Position numbers and translations under genes: made by a program. From Somniosus microcephalus (lineage: Eukaryota): DNA of 64,000 nucleotides. The stretch's first letter is position 1; each line of letters starts with the position of its first letter. Below the pieces are notes generated by a model, which was given only the letters and a program-made list of their open reading frames with translations, had not been told where the DNA came from and did no database searches. Where the stretch lies: the NCBI GenBank assembly GCA_052327205.1, contig CM126209.1:153326001-153390000 (forward strand). Direction: 5' to 3'. Below, piece by piece: positions 11,691 through 23,757 of this stretch.

Positions 11691-13237
11691 ACATAATCAT
11701 TCAGACAGTTACCATCTTGGCTTCATCTGAATGTGTATCTGGGAGCCTGTATTATTTCCTTTTCTATCATTGAAAGGCTGAAAGAGCAGCTTGATATTAC
11801 TATCAGCAGCCTGGAACAAGGTAGCATCTCACACATCCTGTGAGCACCAAATGGTATGGTACATTGGAAATTGTGGCATTGTTGTGTCAGTGAGACGTTT
11901 GGATGCTGCTGCGGCTGTTTGGGTTAGATGATGAAGATGCTGATTGATGCATCAGCCACCTGTTTAATATGTATATTGCCTGCACATTGGCTGATACTGC
12001 AGTTGATCCCCATCTTAGCTTGATAGGTGGTAGAGAAAGAAAGGTTGAGCTAAGACATGACCTAGATTGCCACTGGAAGTGTCAGCCTTAAGTTTAAGGC
12101 TCTTGCTGGTGTCCTTGGAGCAGATGGTGCATCTCTGCAACTGGCTCTCTGCTAACCTGAAGGCTGTTACTTGAAGGCCATTGCCAGGTAGGTGAACTGG
12201 GGTCTACAAATATGGTTGGCATAATGATGGATTTGAGCGGTCTGGCTGTGGTCTCTGCAGATCTCCCTGGTATGCCTCCTTTCAAGTTGCATCACTTCAA
12301 CTGTAAAATACTGTATTTCGGATGCTTCAGAACCAACAGTCCTCATTAATTGTAGTTGACAGACTGAACTCCATCAGTTTGTACATTTTTTGTGCTCTCT
12401 CACTTCCTTTTTGTTCTGCTCAAGTCTTGTAAATGCTTCAGTTACAGTTGGATATTAAGCGGCTTAGCCAACAATATTATTTTAGGTTCCACATAAACAT
12501 TACAAACTTATGACAAAAAAAATTCCCCAAAGGAAAGTGTTATAAAAATGTTTTTTTTAATTCTAAAAATGTACTATAAATATAGCTAAAGACATCTGTC
12601 CTTTTTAAGAACTGGCACAAATTACACTTCCTTTAGGTCATTGCCATTTGAAAACAGTACACACAGCACAATGCCATCCTAAGTGGATGAAAAAAAAAAT
12701 CACGCTTTTCTTAATGTAAGTGCATTATAAATTTAGGATTTTTCTGCTCTGGTACATCCAGCCATGGTTACTGAAAGTCAGTCCACATGGTGTACAGGGC
12801 ATTGTCTGTAGAAAGTAAATTTGTTTGTAGTGTACAGGGAAGGCATTGAACCTCGGAGGTCAGGAAAGTAGTAATAATGTTGAAAGCACTGTAAATAAAA
12901 AGATTGATACCTCGAGTGGTAATGGAAGCTGCGGAATAATTAGTGTTATTTATCGCATTTAGTTTGAACAGCATTCCTTCATGTCATGAAAGCCTCTACA
13001 TTACAATAGGTCTGTCATGGCATAGTTCAAAAGCTTTGCAGCATTCAGTGTGTTTCTGGTAAATTTAAAGTAACTTCAGTCTAATAGAGGCAATATTTTT
13101 TACATTAGTGGGTTAAAAACAATGCCAATATTGAGTTTATTCTGCTCTGAACAAGATTTTTATAGCTTGCACGTTGCTCTTGCTAATAGATTATTAAATG
13201 TTCATGTATATTAAGAATGCTGCATTTTGAATGTAAC

Positions 13238-13527
13238 TTAGAATCATAGAATGGTTACAGCACAGAAGGCGGCCATTCGGCCCATCGAGCCTGTGCCAAC
13301 TCTCAGCTAGTCCCTCTTCCCCGCCCTTTCCCCATAGCCCTGCAAATTTTTTTCCTTCAGATATTTATCCAACTTCCTTTTGAAAGATAAGATTGAGCCT
13401 GCCTCCACCACCCTTTCAGACAGTGTATTCCAGATCTTAACCACTCGCTGCGTAAAAACGTTTTTTCTTATGCCGCCTTTGGTTCTTTTGCCAATCACCT
13501 TAAATCTGTGTCCTCTGGTTCTCGACT
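13238..13527 (-). mobile_element. CR1 LINE 3' fragment
   Basis: SRTRGHRFKV...FTQRVVKIWN.L and an (AGAATCAT) tail. Confidence 0.85.
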
Positions 13528-13529
13528 TG

Positions 13530-14705
13530 TCAGTTGCATTCTTTGCGATTGTGATCATAGTATTCTTCATTTCTCCTTGACCTCTCTACAGCATTTAACA
13601 GTCAACTATTCTATTCTCATCCATGGATCTCCTCTATGGCATTCCCCTCACTTGGTTCCAATCCTATTTGTCACATCCTGCAATGGTTCTTCTCCCACCT
13701 CCATGGTTACCTCAAGAATGCCCAAAGGTTTCATCTTGGCCTCCTTCTATTCTTTGTCTGCATGCTTGCCCTTAGCAATATTATTCATAGATCTGGGTCA
13801 GCTATCTTATTTAAGCCAACACAACGAAGCTTTACCTCTCCACTACCAATCTCAAGACTACAAACACCACTGTTGTCTGACTGCTTGTTCAATGTCATCA
13901 TGAATGACTTGGAGGTTTCTTCAATTTGATTCTGACAAGAGCAAAGCCATCTGTGGCAAGACTGAAGCCATCCTGTTCATCTCTCACCAAAACCCTGCAT
14001 GCTACCCCATGATTCTATTGCCTCCCCAACTGCTTACTCTGAACCCATCAATGTGAAAACTCAGTTTGACACTAGGCTGACTTTAAACCTGATTATTAGC
14101 AAGGTGTCTATTTCCACTTCAAGATTGGTCACATCTACTCTTCCCTCACCTCAACGCCACTGAAATTGTCATTCGCACCTTCTACTTCCTGGCTTGATGA
14201 CTTCAATACTTTGACTTTGTCCTGAGTTTCACCCTACGTAAACTTCAACTTGCCCATAAGTCTGCCACATTTTATCTCTCACTAACTTCAACTTGGCTGT
14301 CATACTTATCCTCCCCACCTCCATTTGACTTAAGTTTCTCTCAAAATCCTTATTTACAAATCCTTCTACCCTCTCAGCCCTTGTAACCTCTTCCATCTGA
14401 ATGTGCCAACATGTATCCTCCTCTGCATCTCTCCTCTTCCCCACGTCCCCTCCTTTTCTCCCTCCACCCCCCCCCCCCCCCCCAGGTCCATCTTCAGTGG
14501 CAGAATTTCCTTAGCCCTATTTTTTTGGAACTTTCTCCCTAAACTCCCATTTTGCTGCTACTTCACTCCTTCAAAACACTCACCTTTTGAACCATGTTTG
14601 GCCACTTTCCATGCCGCCTCTACTAATGTTGTGTCCATTTTTGCCTCCTTTGTTGATTGCATTTGGATGCTTTCTATATTGAAGGAGCTATATAAATGCT
14701 TGTTG
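13530..14705 (+). mobile_element. Degraded L2 LINE fragment
   Basis: LQWFFSHL-like segment, aagactgaagccatc and an L2-type 3' end (gctatataaatgc). Confidence 0.55.
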
Positions 14706-15444
14706 ATTTTAATGTGTAGTTGACTATTTGATGGGAGTTTGGCAATTTTCAAGCAAGCTAAGTTCCTGGAACAGCCAGCTCTGAAAATTCTGACTTTATG
14801 CTAGCTGTAGAGATGAGTTCATACTGCAATAGATGCATTGTCTGCTGTAGTGTGAAATGTAGCCAGTTAAAATAATTTAAAATTAACAACATTAAAAAAG
14901 CAACAATGAACAAGGTTTACACATCACTGCTGACATCTCGGTGACCCCTCAGTTTCCAAACATAAGTAAAATATCTTGCAAGAACTCAAACGATAGTACA
15001 TTTTTAGCCTGGTTGTCTGTAAACCTATTTGGTTTTTCTGTTTTGAAATACTAAAAAAAAGTTACTTTTTTCTTGTGTGTATGTTTTAAATTAATGATTG
15101 CAAGTCGTATATTTAGTTGCGAGTGCTCTATACCTTTCCATATATTCACAAATTAAAAATCTAATTTCCCAACGCTACTTGAAAATTGGCATTTAAAAAT
15201 GCGCATGTTGCATGCTGTGTTAGCACAGTTGCTGACAATTTAGTGAGCAGTTTTTTTTCCCTCTGTTTTCATCACAAAGCACTTGGCTGTTCTAAATAAT
15301 AGAAGTCTATGGACCTAGTTTTTTTATTGCTTCCTATATTTAGTTCACTTTCTATTAATTTGCTTTCCCTATTGCTTGTTTGCTGTGGTTTCTCATGTCT
15401 TGTAATTTACGCTAATCTTGATTTTTGTACTGTAATACACTCAG

Positions 15445-15528
15445 TGAAAATGAGGATAAATCTGAGCATCGTCCCAAGCTTAATGTTCTTCGAGATGAAG
15501 AAATGTTTTATGACCTTGGTGACTATAG
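15445..15528 (+). CDS. PDLIM7: Candidate 84-nt symmetric cassette exon of PDLIM7 (ENEDKSEHRPKLNVLRDEEMFYDLGDY)
   Basis: gctaat branch-like motif at 15411, tcag acceptor, AG|gtaagc donor. Open in the phase 2-2 frame required by the flanking exons. Confidence 0.55.
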
Positions 15529-16296
15529 GTAAGCAGAGCAAGCATGAAACCTGCGAGAGTCCTGAATATGACTGGCTTTAAATCTCCTTTTTTGTATGGT
15601 TTGCTCACTTTTTTTATATTTTTTTAGCCTCATATTTTTGTTTCCTTATTTTATCCTTTTCTTCTCTCCAAGTAGCTTTCAGCTAAGAAGTCACCATAAG
15701 TTACACCACTCTTCTTGTCGTGTGACAACCTGGAAAAAAAACTTTCAGTATATATTCAGCAACTAGAGTTGGCCATGCACGGAACTATAAAACTTCTTTT
15801 AGTTTAATGTGCACTCCGTACTGTACAAAAATATGATCTGATATTTTTTAGTATTGCACAGAAATATACCTCCAGCTCAAAGGAAGGTTTTTGCTATAAA
15901 TGTCTTCCTGGTCTGCATGACTGAATGGTGCATCAGTCTGATAAATTTATATATTGAGTCATCAAGGACACTGAATGTAGTTGTGACCATTTTGGTCCTT
16001 CAGCACCTATTTAGTGAGGTGAGATCAAGTAGCAGATGAAATTAATATGAACAGAGGCACACAATGTTGTAACATTACTCAATTGAAATGCATGGTGTTG
16101 TTATTTGCACCTTTTCACTTTCTCTTTGAGAAAGAAATCCTGAATATTATATTGTCAGACTAACTAACTTTTGAAAAGTTGATGAGTTTCTAAATGATAT
16201 GTGACCTTTTGGTAAAAACCATTTTTGAACATGTCTAATCTGATGAGACCCAGAAGATGCAGTATGTACTGTTTCAATCTCCCATAAAAGCTACTA

Positions 16297-16640
16297 CAGG
16301 TAGACTACCTTTTTATCCGAACTTCCGAAAACCGGAACCCTCTAAAAACCGAAGGTTTTTTCGTTCAGCGTAAGTCGTGCGCACGACATGACCAGAGTGG
16401 CGCACGACTTACGCTGAGCAGAGGGTCAGCGTAAGTCGTGTGCACGACCCCGGCCCCCGCCGACGACCACCCCCCCCCCCCCCCCACGCCGACCCCCCCC
16501 CGCCGACCCCCACCGCCGACCCCGATGACCCACCCCCGACAAATTTCCCAGTCTTATAAAATACCTTCCGAAATCCGATATTTTCCGAAAACCGAAACAC
16601 TGCTGGTCCCGAGGTTTTCGGATAAAGGATAGTCTACCTG
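16297..16640. mobile_element. Tc1/mariner-pogo-type MITE
   Basis: TIRs CAGGTAGACTACCTTTTTATCCGAA / TTCGGATAAAGGATAGTCTACCTG. TA on the left, TG on the right. Confidence 0.85.
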
Positions 16641-17283
16641 TGCCACGATTGGTAGTCATGTGCTTACTTTTGTATACATCGTTCTATTCTCTCCTGCTTC
16701 TCATATATTGGAATATAGAGCTCTAATGGCTCCCCTTCTCGTTTCCCACCAAACAAGCTCAGTGTAAAAGATTATGGTCCAGTTTTAAACTTTGAAATCA
16801 AATACCAAGTTTAAAAGGAGAGGTATTGCTATCAGCAGAAATAAGTTATTGGATTTTGTGAAAATAAGCCATAGAAAGGGAAAATGCTTTGGAGTAATAG
16901 TAGTGGTACTAAAGCTAAAGTGCATCATTGAGCTTGTGTGGAGAAATGTTTGGTTAATATCACCTGGCCTCTAGTTGGCTGGTCTGATATTTTCTTCTGG
17001 AATAGTTTACAGCTGATGCCTTTGTTTTTTGGAGGACATATGAATAGAAAATAATTTTACACACTTGTGAAGTCCTGTCTGTGTTGTCGTCTTTTTTTCC
17101 TGCAGTACTGACAAGATGGCTGGTGACTGATCATCTCTTTTGAGAGGCCAATTCTGTAACAGATCAAAATACATTATAGAATTTCAGATCCTCCTCCTAC
17201 ATGGTATTTGCTGATTGTAACCTTTCTGCCTTTGGCAGTAGTTGCAGTTAGAATACTTGGAGGATTTTTCTGATGGTTTTAGG

Positions 17284-17706
17284 TGTCAGCCTTGGCTCAG
17301 TGATGGCACTCTTGCCTCTGAATCAAAAGGTTCTGGGTTCAAGCCCCACTCCTGAGACTTGAACACACAATCTAGGCTGACACTATTGGCGGTGCTGTCT
17401 TTCAGATGCAATGTTAATTAATGCCCCATCTGCTCTATCGGGTGGAGCTGAAAGATCCCATAGCACTATTCGAAGAAGAGCATGGAAATTCTTCCGATGT
17501 CCTAGTCAACATTTATCCCTCAGCCAACCTCACTAAAAACAGATTATCTTGCCATTATCGCATTGCTGTTCTTGGGACCAAGCTGTGAAAAATGGCTGAC
17601 ACTTTTCCCTACCTTACAGCAGTGACTCACATCAAAAGTACTTTATTGGCTGTGAAGCATTTTGGGTTATCCTAAAGTCATAAAAGGCGCTATATAAATG
17701 CAAGTT
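17284..17706 (+). mobile_element. tRNA-derived SINE of the Deu type (SacSINE1-like)
   Basis: A-box tggctcagtg and B-box ggttcaagcc, central aaagatcccatagcactattcgaagaagagca region, L2-like tail gcgctatataaatgcaag. Confidence 0.8.
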
Positions 17707-17777
17707 CTTCCTTTCTCTTTTTCTTTCACACTCTCTTTTTCTTCTTTCTTTGAACACCTAACAAACACATAATTTAG

Positions 17778-17929
17778 GCATTCTACCAGGGTTGACCATC
17801 GTGTTATTATCCACAATGATGCCAGTAAGAAGCGACTGATGGAGAACACTGAGGATTGGCAGCCAAAAACAGGAACAACCCAGTCTCGCTCTTTCCGTAT
17901 CCTTGCTCAGCTGACGGGCACAGATTTCA
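17778..17929 (+). CDS. PDLIM7: PDLIM7 exon (...DASKKRLMENTEDWQPKTGTTQSRSFRILAQLTGTDF), phase 2 to 1
   Basis: Conserved QSRSFRILA motif and A|gtaagt donor. The acceptor could be 17778 or the in-frame 17790. Confidence 0.93.
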
Positions 17930-18199
17930 GTAAGTGCAGTGGCACCATTAACATCCAATGACATAACAAACTGCATGTTAAACGGACAGTTGATATTTTC
18001 TTGAAACATTAATACAAAGCTTCTCTTGCCTCTCTGACAAATGTAATGGCAAACTTCCACATTCATTCAACTGCTGAAGACCTACTGTATCACATGTTTT
18101 GTGAGGAAAATTTGTTTGATCTGATGTTTTAGGTGAAACATGTAATGCATTATTTAAGCATATGGACTGCAGAAAATCTTTAGCTTTGAAAAAGAGGGT

Positions 18200-18720
18200 T
18201 AGAAGAACCGCTTACATTTATATATCACCTTTAACATAGTAAATGATCCAAGGTACCACAGATCAGCAATGAATACCAAGGAATGATCCAGCCAATGACC
18301 AACATGTGATTGAAGAAATGGCTGACAGGGAGACTTTGAAGTGGGGTCGGAGATAGTTGAAGTGGATGGGTTTAGGAACAGAGTTTGAAAGTAGGGACAG
18401 GATGGCTGAAATCTCTGCCATTGATCAGGAGGGCAACGTGGAATACACAAGAGGCCACAGTCAGAATATCAAAGAGCATATGCTTGGAATTAGGTCTGGA
18501 GCAAGGTGCAGAGGTAGGGTGGAGTAAGGCCGTGGATGGAATGGAATTCAAGGCGGGAGTCAGTGGAGGTTGGTGAAGTGGGGGATGATGGGCAAGCAGG
18601 ACTTTGTGAAGGACATGCATGGGTAGCAGAAATTTGGAGGAGTTGGAGTTGCATGGGGTGGAGCTTAGGAAACTGCTGAGGCGGGCATTGGTACAGTTGA
18701 GGTTGGAGATAACGAGCATA
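18200..18720 (-). mobile_element. Degraded L2 LINE 3' fragment
   Basis: Reverse L2 tail (cttacatttatatatcacctttaac) and remnants of the L2 C-terminal region. Confidence 0.6.
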
Positions 18721-19557
18721 AAGCAATTGAGGGTATAAACTAGCAGCTGCAGTAACAGTTACAAAATAACTTAATTCAACTCAACCACCTATCAATAGCT
18801 TTAATGTGGAAGGTCAGTATTGTAGATTGAAAGATTGAGAAACGCCAAAACTTTTGGTGCTTCAGTTATTAGTAAGATTGTAAACTAATTTGTGCTTCTG
18901 AATAATCATTGTAATGAATGTACGTCGATAGTCACCTTTTGCTAGGGTAGAAATCTAAACAAAATAGAATTGCTGACTAAAAATTTCCTATTGAATATTG
19001 AAAAATAATGGTTTCTAGAATTGTGGCTAGAATTTAAGTTGGGAGCAGTTTATTTTTGCCAAATATTACTTCACTTTAGAACCTGAGAAATGGGCAAGTA
19101 TATAGTCATGGTTCCCTTTAATTCAGAAATGGGCCTTCACTGTGGGGTGTGGGAGTATTGCATGCAGATGTTTGCAGTGAGCAAATGCATAAGTTACACA
19201 ATCAACTAGGTTTCATGACCTATAAACTGGACTTGGGCTCTGGTGTAAACTCTCTTTGCTCCTGACTTGCATGAGAAAATACTTAGTTGACTTTCATTTT
19301 TTTTTAACCGTACTTACATGGAACTGAAATAAGAAGCCTACAGTAAGGATGTAAACAGTTTTTTTTCTTATATAAAACAGCAATTGTGATGGAAAAGCCA
19401 ACCTGTGAGCATGAAAACAAGAGATGGGTAGTCAGGTTTCAATGTGTTTATAACTAGTTAGAGGTAAAAATCAGAAAACAAAACCAGTGTATTTTTTGAT
19501 TTTGAAATGGTGCATGCTGTTAATTGAGCATCCCTTATTCTTTCCGATTAATTTCAG

Positions 19558-19594
19558 TGCGAGATCCAGATGATGAAGTTGTTAAAAGGGCAAG
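19558..19594 (+). CDS. PDLIM7: PDLIM7 37-nt exon (MRDPDDEVVKRA), phase 1 to 2
   Basis: ttcag acceptor, AG|gtaaga donor. Matches recalled human MQDPDEEHLKKS. Confidence 0.92.
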
Positions 19595-19785
19595 GTAAGA
19601 TGTGGAAAAGAGTGATGGCCAATCTTGCTATTACAGAAAATAAATGTCATTCAATTAAACATTAGGGATGGTTGATTTTAAGGGTGGCATATTCTAGGCC
19701 GTTGAACCCATTAAATTTTTTATATATTGTATTAAAAATCTTACACTTCCTGTTCACTTTTCCCATTATAAATTTCTATTTTTGT

Positions 19786-19925
19786 ATTTCTAGTGGAAAC
19801 TGTCTATGTAAGATTGTCACATTGTAATTGCACCCTCCTGCCTGTGGAGGCAATGCAGTGCCATGACTGGGAGGAGGGTGTAATTACATTGTGACAAGTT
19901 TACATCGATAGTTGCCATTATAAAT
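19786..19925. repeat. About 140-bp imperfect palindrome (foldback/MITE-like)
   Basis: Left arm ATTTCTAGTGGAAACTGTCTATGTAAGATTGTCACATTGTAATTGCACCCTCCT pairs with the right arm AGGAGGGTGTAATTACATTGTGACAAGTTTACATCGATAGTTGCCATTATAAAT. Confidence 0.85.
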
Positions 19926-21391
19926 GGAAATAAAGAAATAAGGACAAAATGTATAACTTTAAAATAGGGGCTAAATTATGTCTGCTTGCCAGTTCCAATT
20001 ATCCTCTGCTCTCTAATCTTGCTTCAACTTTAGACAACATATGGTCTTACCTTCCCATGTGGTTTGCCACCCCTAACTGACTGGTGGTATATTATAATTT
20101 ACATCTACTGGTTATAGTAACTAATGAGCATCACACTGATGTTTAAAAAGTTTTTAGTAAGTGAAGCCAAAAAGAAAAGTTTGACAGGTCACTTTACTAC
20201 TCCGTGTTATGTTTTGTGAAATGCATCTGGCCTTTCTTCAGATGGAATTTTACACTATCTTGAAAATCATCTGAGTGAGGATTATATTCATTGTTGGGTT
20301 TCAATCTCAAATATTGCTTTCGTAACTGAGCTATAGAATTTGAGCAGCTCTGTGATCCAAGCAAAGACAATATAGTAGAACCTGTCAAATATACACCGTA
20401 GCTTGAGCATAGGTGCTCTGACCTGAGTGCTAAGTTTCCTCTCTGCACTCCTTGTAGCAAAACTGTAAACTCATTCTTTATAAATAATTTTTCAATTTTG
20501 CAACAGGCAGCAAACAGAGGAATTCCTTTGCCTTTTTCCCATTTGATGACTCTTGCTTCTTAGTGAAGTATGAGTTTATTTCCCTTTTCTTTAAATGTAT
20601 TCTTTTGTAAGGATAAATGAAGCATTAATAACTTTTATTCATTTGAAGACTAGAAAAGCTTATTGAATGATATCCAGCAACAGGAGAGAAAAAGTAAGAC
20701 TGGAACTTTCAAATTTAGCATTGGCGTAAAATTGTCTAATCAGCTGTCCATTTTCCTTTTCATTGACTTCACTGCAAAGGAAAATCAGACCGGTGGTTAA
20801 TCTGATAGCGCCAGTTTTTTGTCCCAATTCAAGTTGAATTTTCCACCCTATTTGTGCAAATGTCTATAAATGAAACTTTTATAGAATAAATGTCTTGTTT
20901 AAAGTTGGCTTTCATATTTTTGTTCCTTACCTTGGTTAGTATCAGCAAAACCTGCTGAGTGACATATCCAAGGTTAAGGAGCCAAAAATACAAAGGAGAA
21001 GTTGTTGAATACGGTGCAGTGTTTATCAAGTGATATACAATTGAAGGCCAAAAGACATAGCTGAAACATTAGGTTGTTTAAGGGTCTCCCAATCATGGAA
21101 CAAACAAAGTAGGTCTGTAGTATTCTGAAAATGAATCAAAGTTTTGGAAAGCAATAATTGTTATATTTTTTGGAGTGCGGGGTGGGGGGTAGAAATTCAA
21201 CTCTCGGCTATCTGTTTGCACCTGAAAATCCAGCGGCTATGAGTTGAAAATGGGGAGCAGGTGTAACTCTGCTGTCAATGATACCCAAGGCTCATCTGAT
21301 GCCATATTCAGGTGGGCTTCCAAATGGGCAAACTGCCCGCCCACCCGAAATTGGCGTAAGCCTTCTTTACTATCCAAATTGGGTCCTATGC

Positions 21392-22300
21392 TGAAATAAC
21401 AACAGAAATTGCTGGAAAAACTCAGCAGGTCAGGCAACATCCGTGGAGAGAAATTTGAGTTGATGTTTCGGGTCGAAACCCTTCTTCAAAACTGGAAAGA
21501 AAAGAAAATAGATTGAAGGCAGGGCTGCGATCGAACAAAAGAAGTAAAAGAGACAATAAAAGGTATTCGAAACCAGACGAGATGGTAATAGGCCAGTGGA
21601 GACAAAAGACAGCTGAGATTAGGTGTAAAGTGTACTGGCAGGATAGGAGACAGCTGCCAGGTGGGAGAGAGAAACAAAAGGAAAGGGGAGGGGGGGTGAA
21701 GGAAGACCCAAAACCAAAGGGGTGGAAAAAATTACAAGTAAAAAAAGTAATAGGGGCCGAGGTTATGATCTGAAATTGTTGAACTCGATATTTAGTCCGG
21801 AAGGCTGCAAAGTGCCTAATCGGAAGATGAGGTGCTGTTCCTCGAGTTTACGTTGAGCTTCCATGGAACAATACAAGAGGCCAAGGACGGTGAGGTCCGA
21901 GTGGGAATGGAGCAGTGAATTAAAATGACAAGCGACTGGAAGCTCGGGGTCACCCTTACGGACTGAACGGAGGTGTTCCGCAAAGCAGTCCCCCAATCTG
22001 CGTTTGGTCTCCCCCTTGGGGAACATCTCCGTTCAGTCCGTGAGGGTGACCCCGAGCTTCCGGTCGCTTGTCATTATTACCATCTCGTCTGGTTTCGAAT
22101 ACCTTTTATTGTCTCTTTTACTTCTTTTGTTCGATTGCAGCCCTGCCTTCGATCTATTTTATTTTCTTTCCAGTTTTGAAGAAGGGTTTCGACCCGAAAC
22201 ATCAACTCAAATTTCTCTCCATGGATGTTGCCTGACCTGAGTTTTTCCAGCAATTTCTGTTGTTGTTTCGGATTTCCAGCATCTGCAGTATTTTGCTATG
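21392..22300. mobile_element. Penelope-like element fragment with inverted pseudo-LTR arrangement
   Basis: GIY-YIG remnant GETKRRLGDCFAEHLRSV...LQPSGLNIEF (ORF 21763..22026, minus). 21392-21590 is the reverse complement of about 22074-22270. Confidence 0.88.
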
Positions 22301-23008
22301 GATCCTATGCTGGTTGTAGGATACTGATGCAAAATTCAGATACAAATGAGCCGAGCCTGCGTCGCGCAAGCTTCATCCAGTTATGGCAGGTCTTCAGCGG
22401 CTTAACCAATAGTCCTTAAAGAGACTGCTGAAGACAGTTTTTAAAAAATGGCTGCAAAATTTTTCAAAATTATATTTTTGTGGAGCCAGAAATCTTACTT
22501 TCCTAACCTAAACTTCACCAATATGTTATATTGAGGTCATTCATATCAAGTGGATTTTTCTACTCTGGCTTAGTAATGACCCATTTCATAAGTCACTTTT
22601 TCTTCATGACATTAATTCTATTGGCTGCTTTAGTTGCAAGTGCAAGGTGTTTATCTGGTATCAGTAGAGGTACTTTCCAGATTTGTCTGAGCTGCTTGTC
22701 TCTAGCTGTAAAATAAATGTCATCACTTACATGAGTTTAACATCTTTACCTTGTTGCATAGTCCAACATTCTATTTGTAAAATAAAATTGCTTTAAAGTT
22801 TCTTTAAAATAGTCTCTTAAGTGGTACAAAGGTACACCTGCATCAAACAATCCTGAGCTTATTCCTAGAAGTCTGGTACCTGTGGCAATGCAGGATTAAT
22901 ATTGAAGACTAGGCTTTGTGAGAAATATTGAGGCTTTTTCTTAACTTTCTAAGTCTGTCATTTTACTCTTTTTTTTATCTTCTCATCTTCCTCTCTTATC
23001 CTCCACAG

Positions 23009-23105
23009 AGAAAAGTTTATCACCGAACTGCAGAGCCCACGCTATACGAGATTGCGTGACTGGCATCATGAAAGATCTGCTCACACTCTCAATATAAAAA
23101 CTTGA
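23009..23105 (+). CDS. PDLIM7: PDLIM7 alternative terminal exon of the short LIM-less isoform (EKFITELQSPRYTRLRDWHHERSAHTLNIKT*)
   Basis: Long pyrimidine tract and cag acceptor, in phase with the 37-nt exon, TGA at 23103-23105. Matches recalled human EKYVLELQSPRYTRLRDWHHQRSAHVLNVQS. Confidence 0.92.
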
Positions 23106-23757
23106 ACTGGAATAGAGTACAATTGTCAATAGTTTGCAATCTCTTGAATCCTTTATATCTAGACATCATTTCTGTACTAAACATCATTTCTGTACTGAAC
23201 ATCTCATTTCTCTTTTAGTCCTGAGCTTTCTTTTGCTCTCCCTTAAAGTTTCAGATATATATGCACTGTAATACATTGTTGCAATATCTGTTATACATAA
23301 AATATAAAAGACTGGATTGTTTTGGAGATTTCAACTTGTTAATCAGCATGTTTTTGGTTAAAAATTCAGTTAGTACAAAACATAATACAGTACACATAAT
23401 AATGGAACAGTTGAGCATGATTTGAGTTGAACAAAATATTGCTGGAACTTAGTAAGCTACAGTTGAGTAATGCATACATTTTCTTTTGGTTGCAAATGTG
23501 AGGTCTAGACGCAGGAGCACATGAATCAAATCAACCTGGTTAAATTTAGCCTGAAGCTTTTCACCTGACGAGAGAATCTTTAATGGTTGGTCCTGAGTTG
23601 TGGGACCATAGAACATCATTGGACAGAGCTTCACACTGACTGCGAGTTTAATGGTTGTAGAACTGGGGACCGGGAAGCTATTGCATATGTTTGTAACATA
23701 GCATTGATGCACTGTATACAAATATATATATACTGGTTTGTTTTGAGAAAATATTTT

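Noticed and set aside
17106-17122. Possible small exon after ttttttcctgcag
   Set aside because: Weak donor and phase incompatible with the neighbouring exons.
23163-23210. Short tandem duplication acatcatttctgtact in the short-isoform 3' UTR
   Set aside because: Two to three units, consistent with ordinary slippage.
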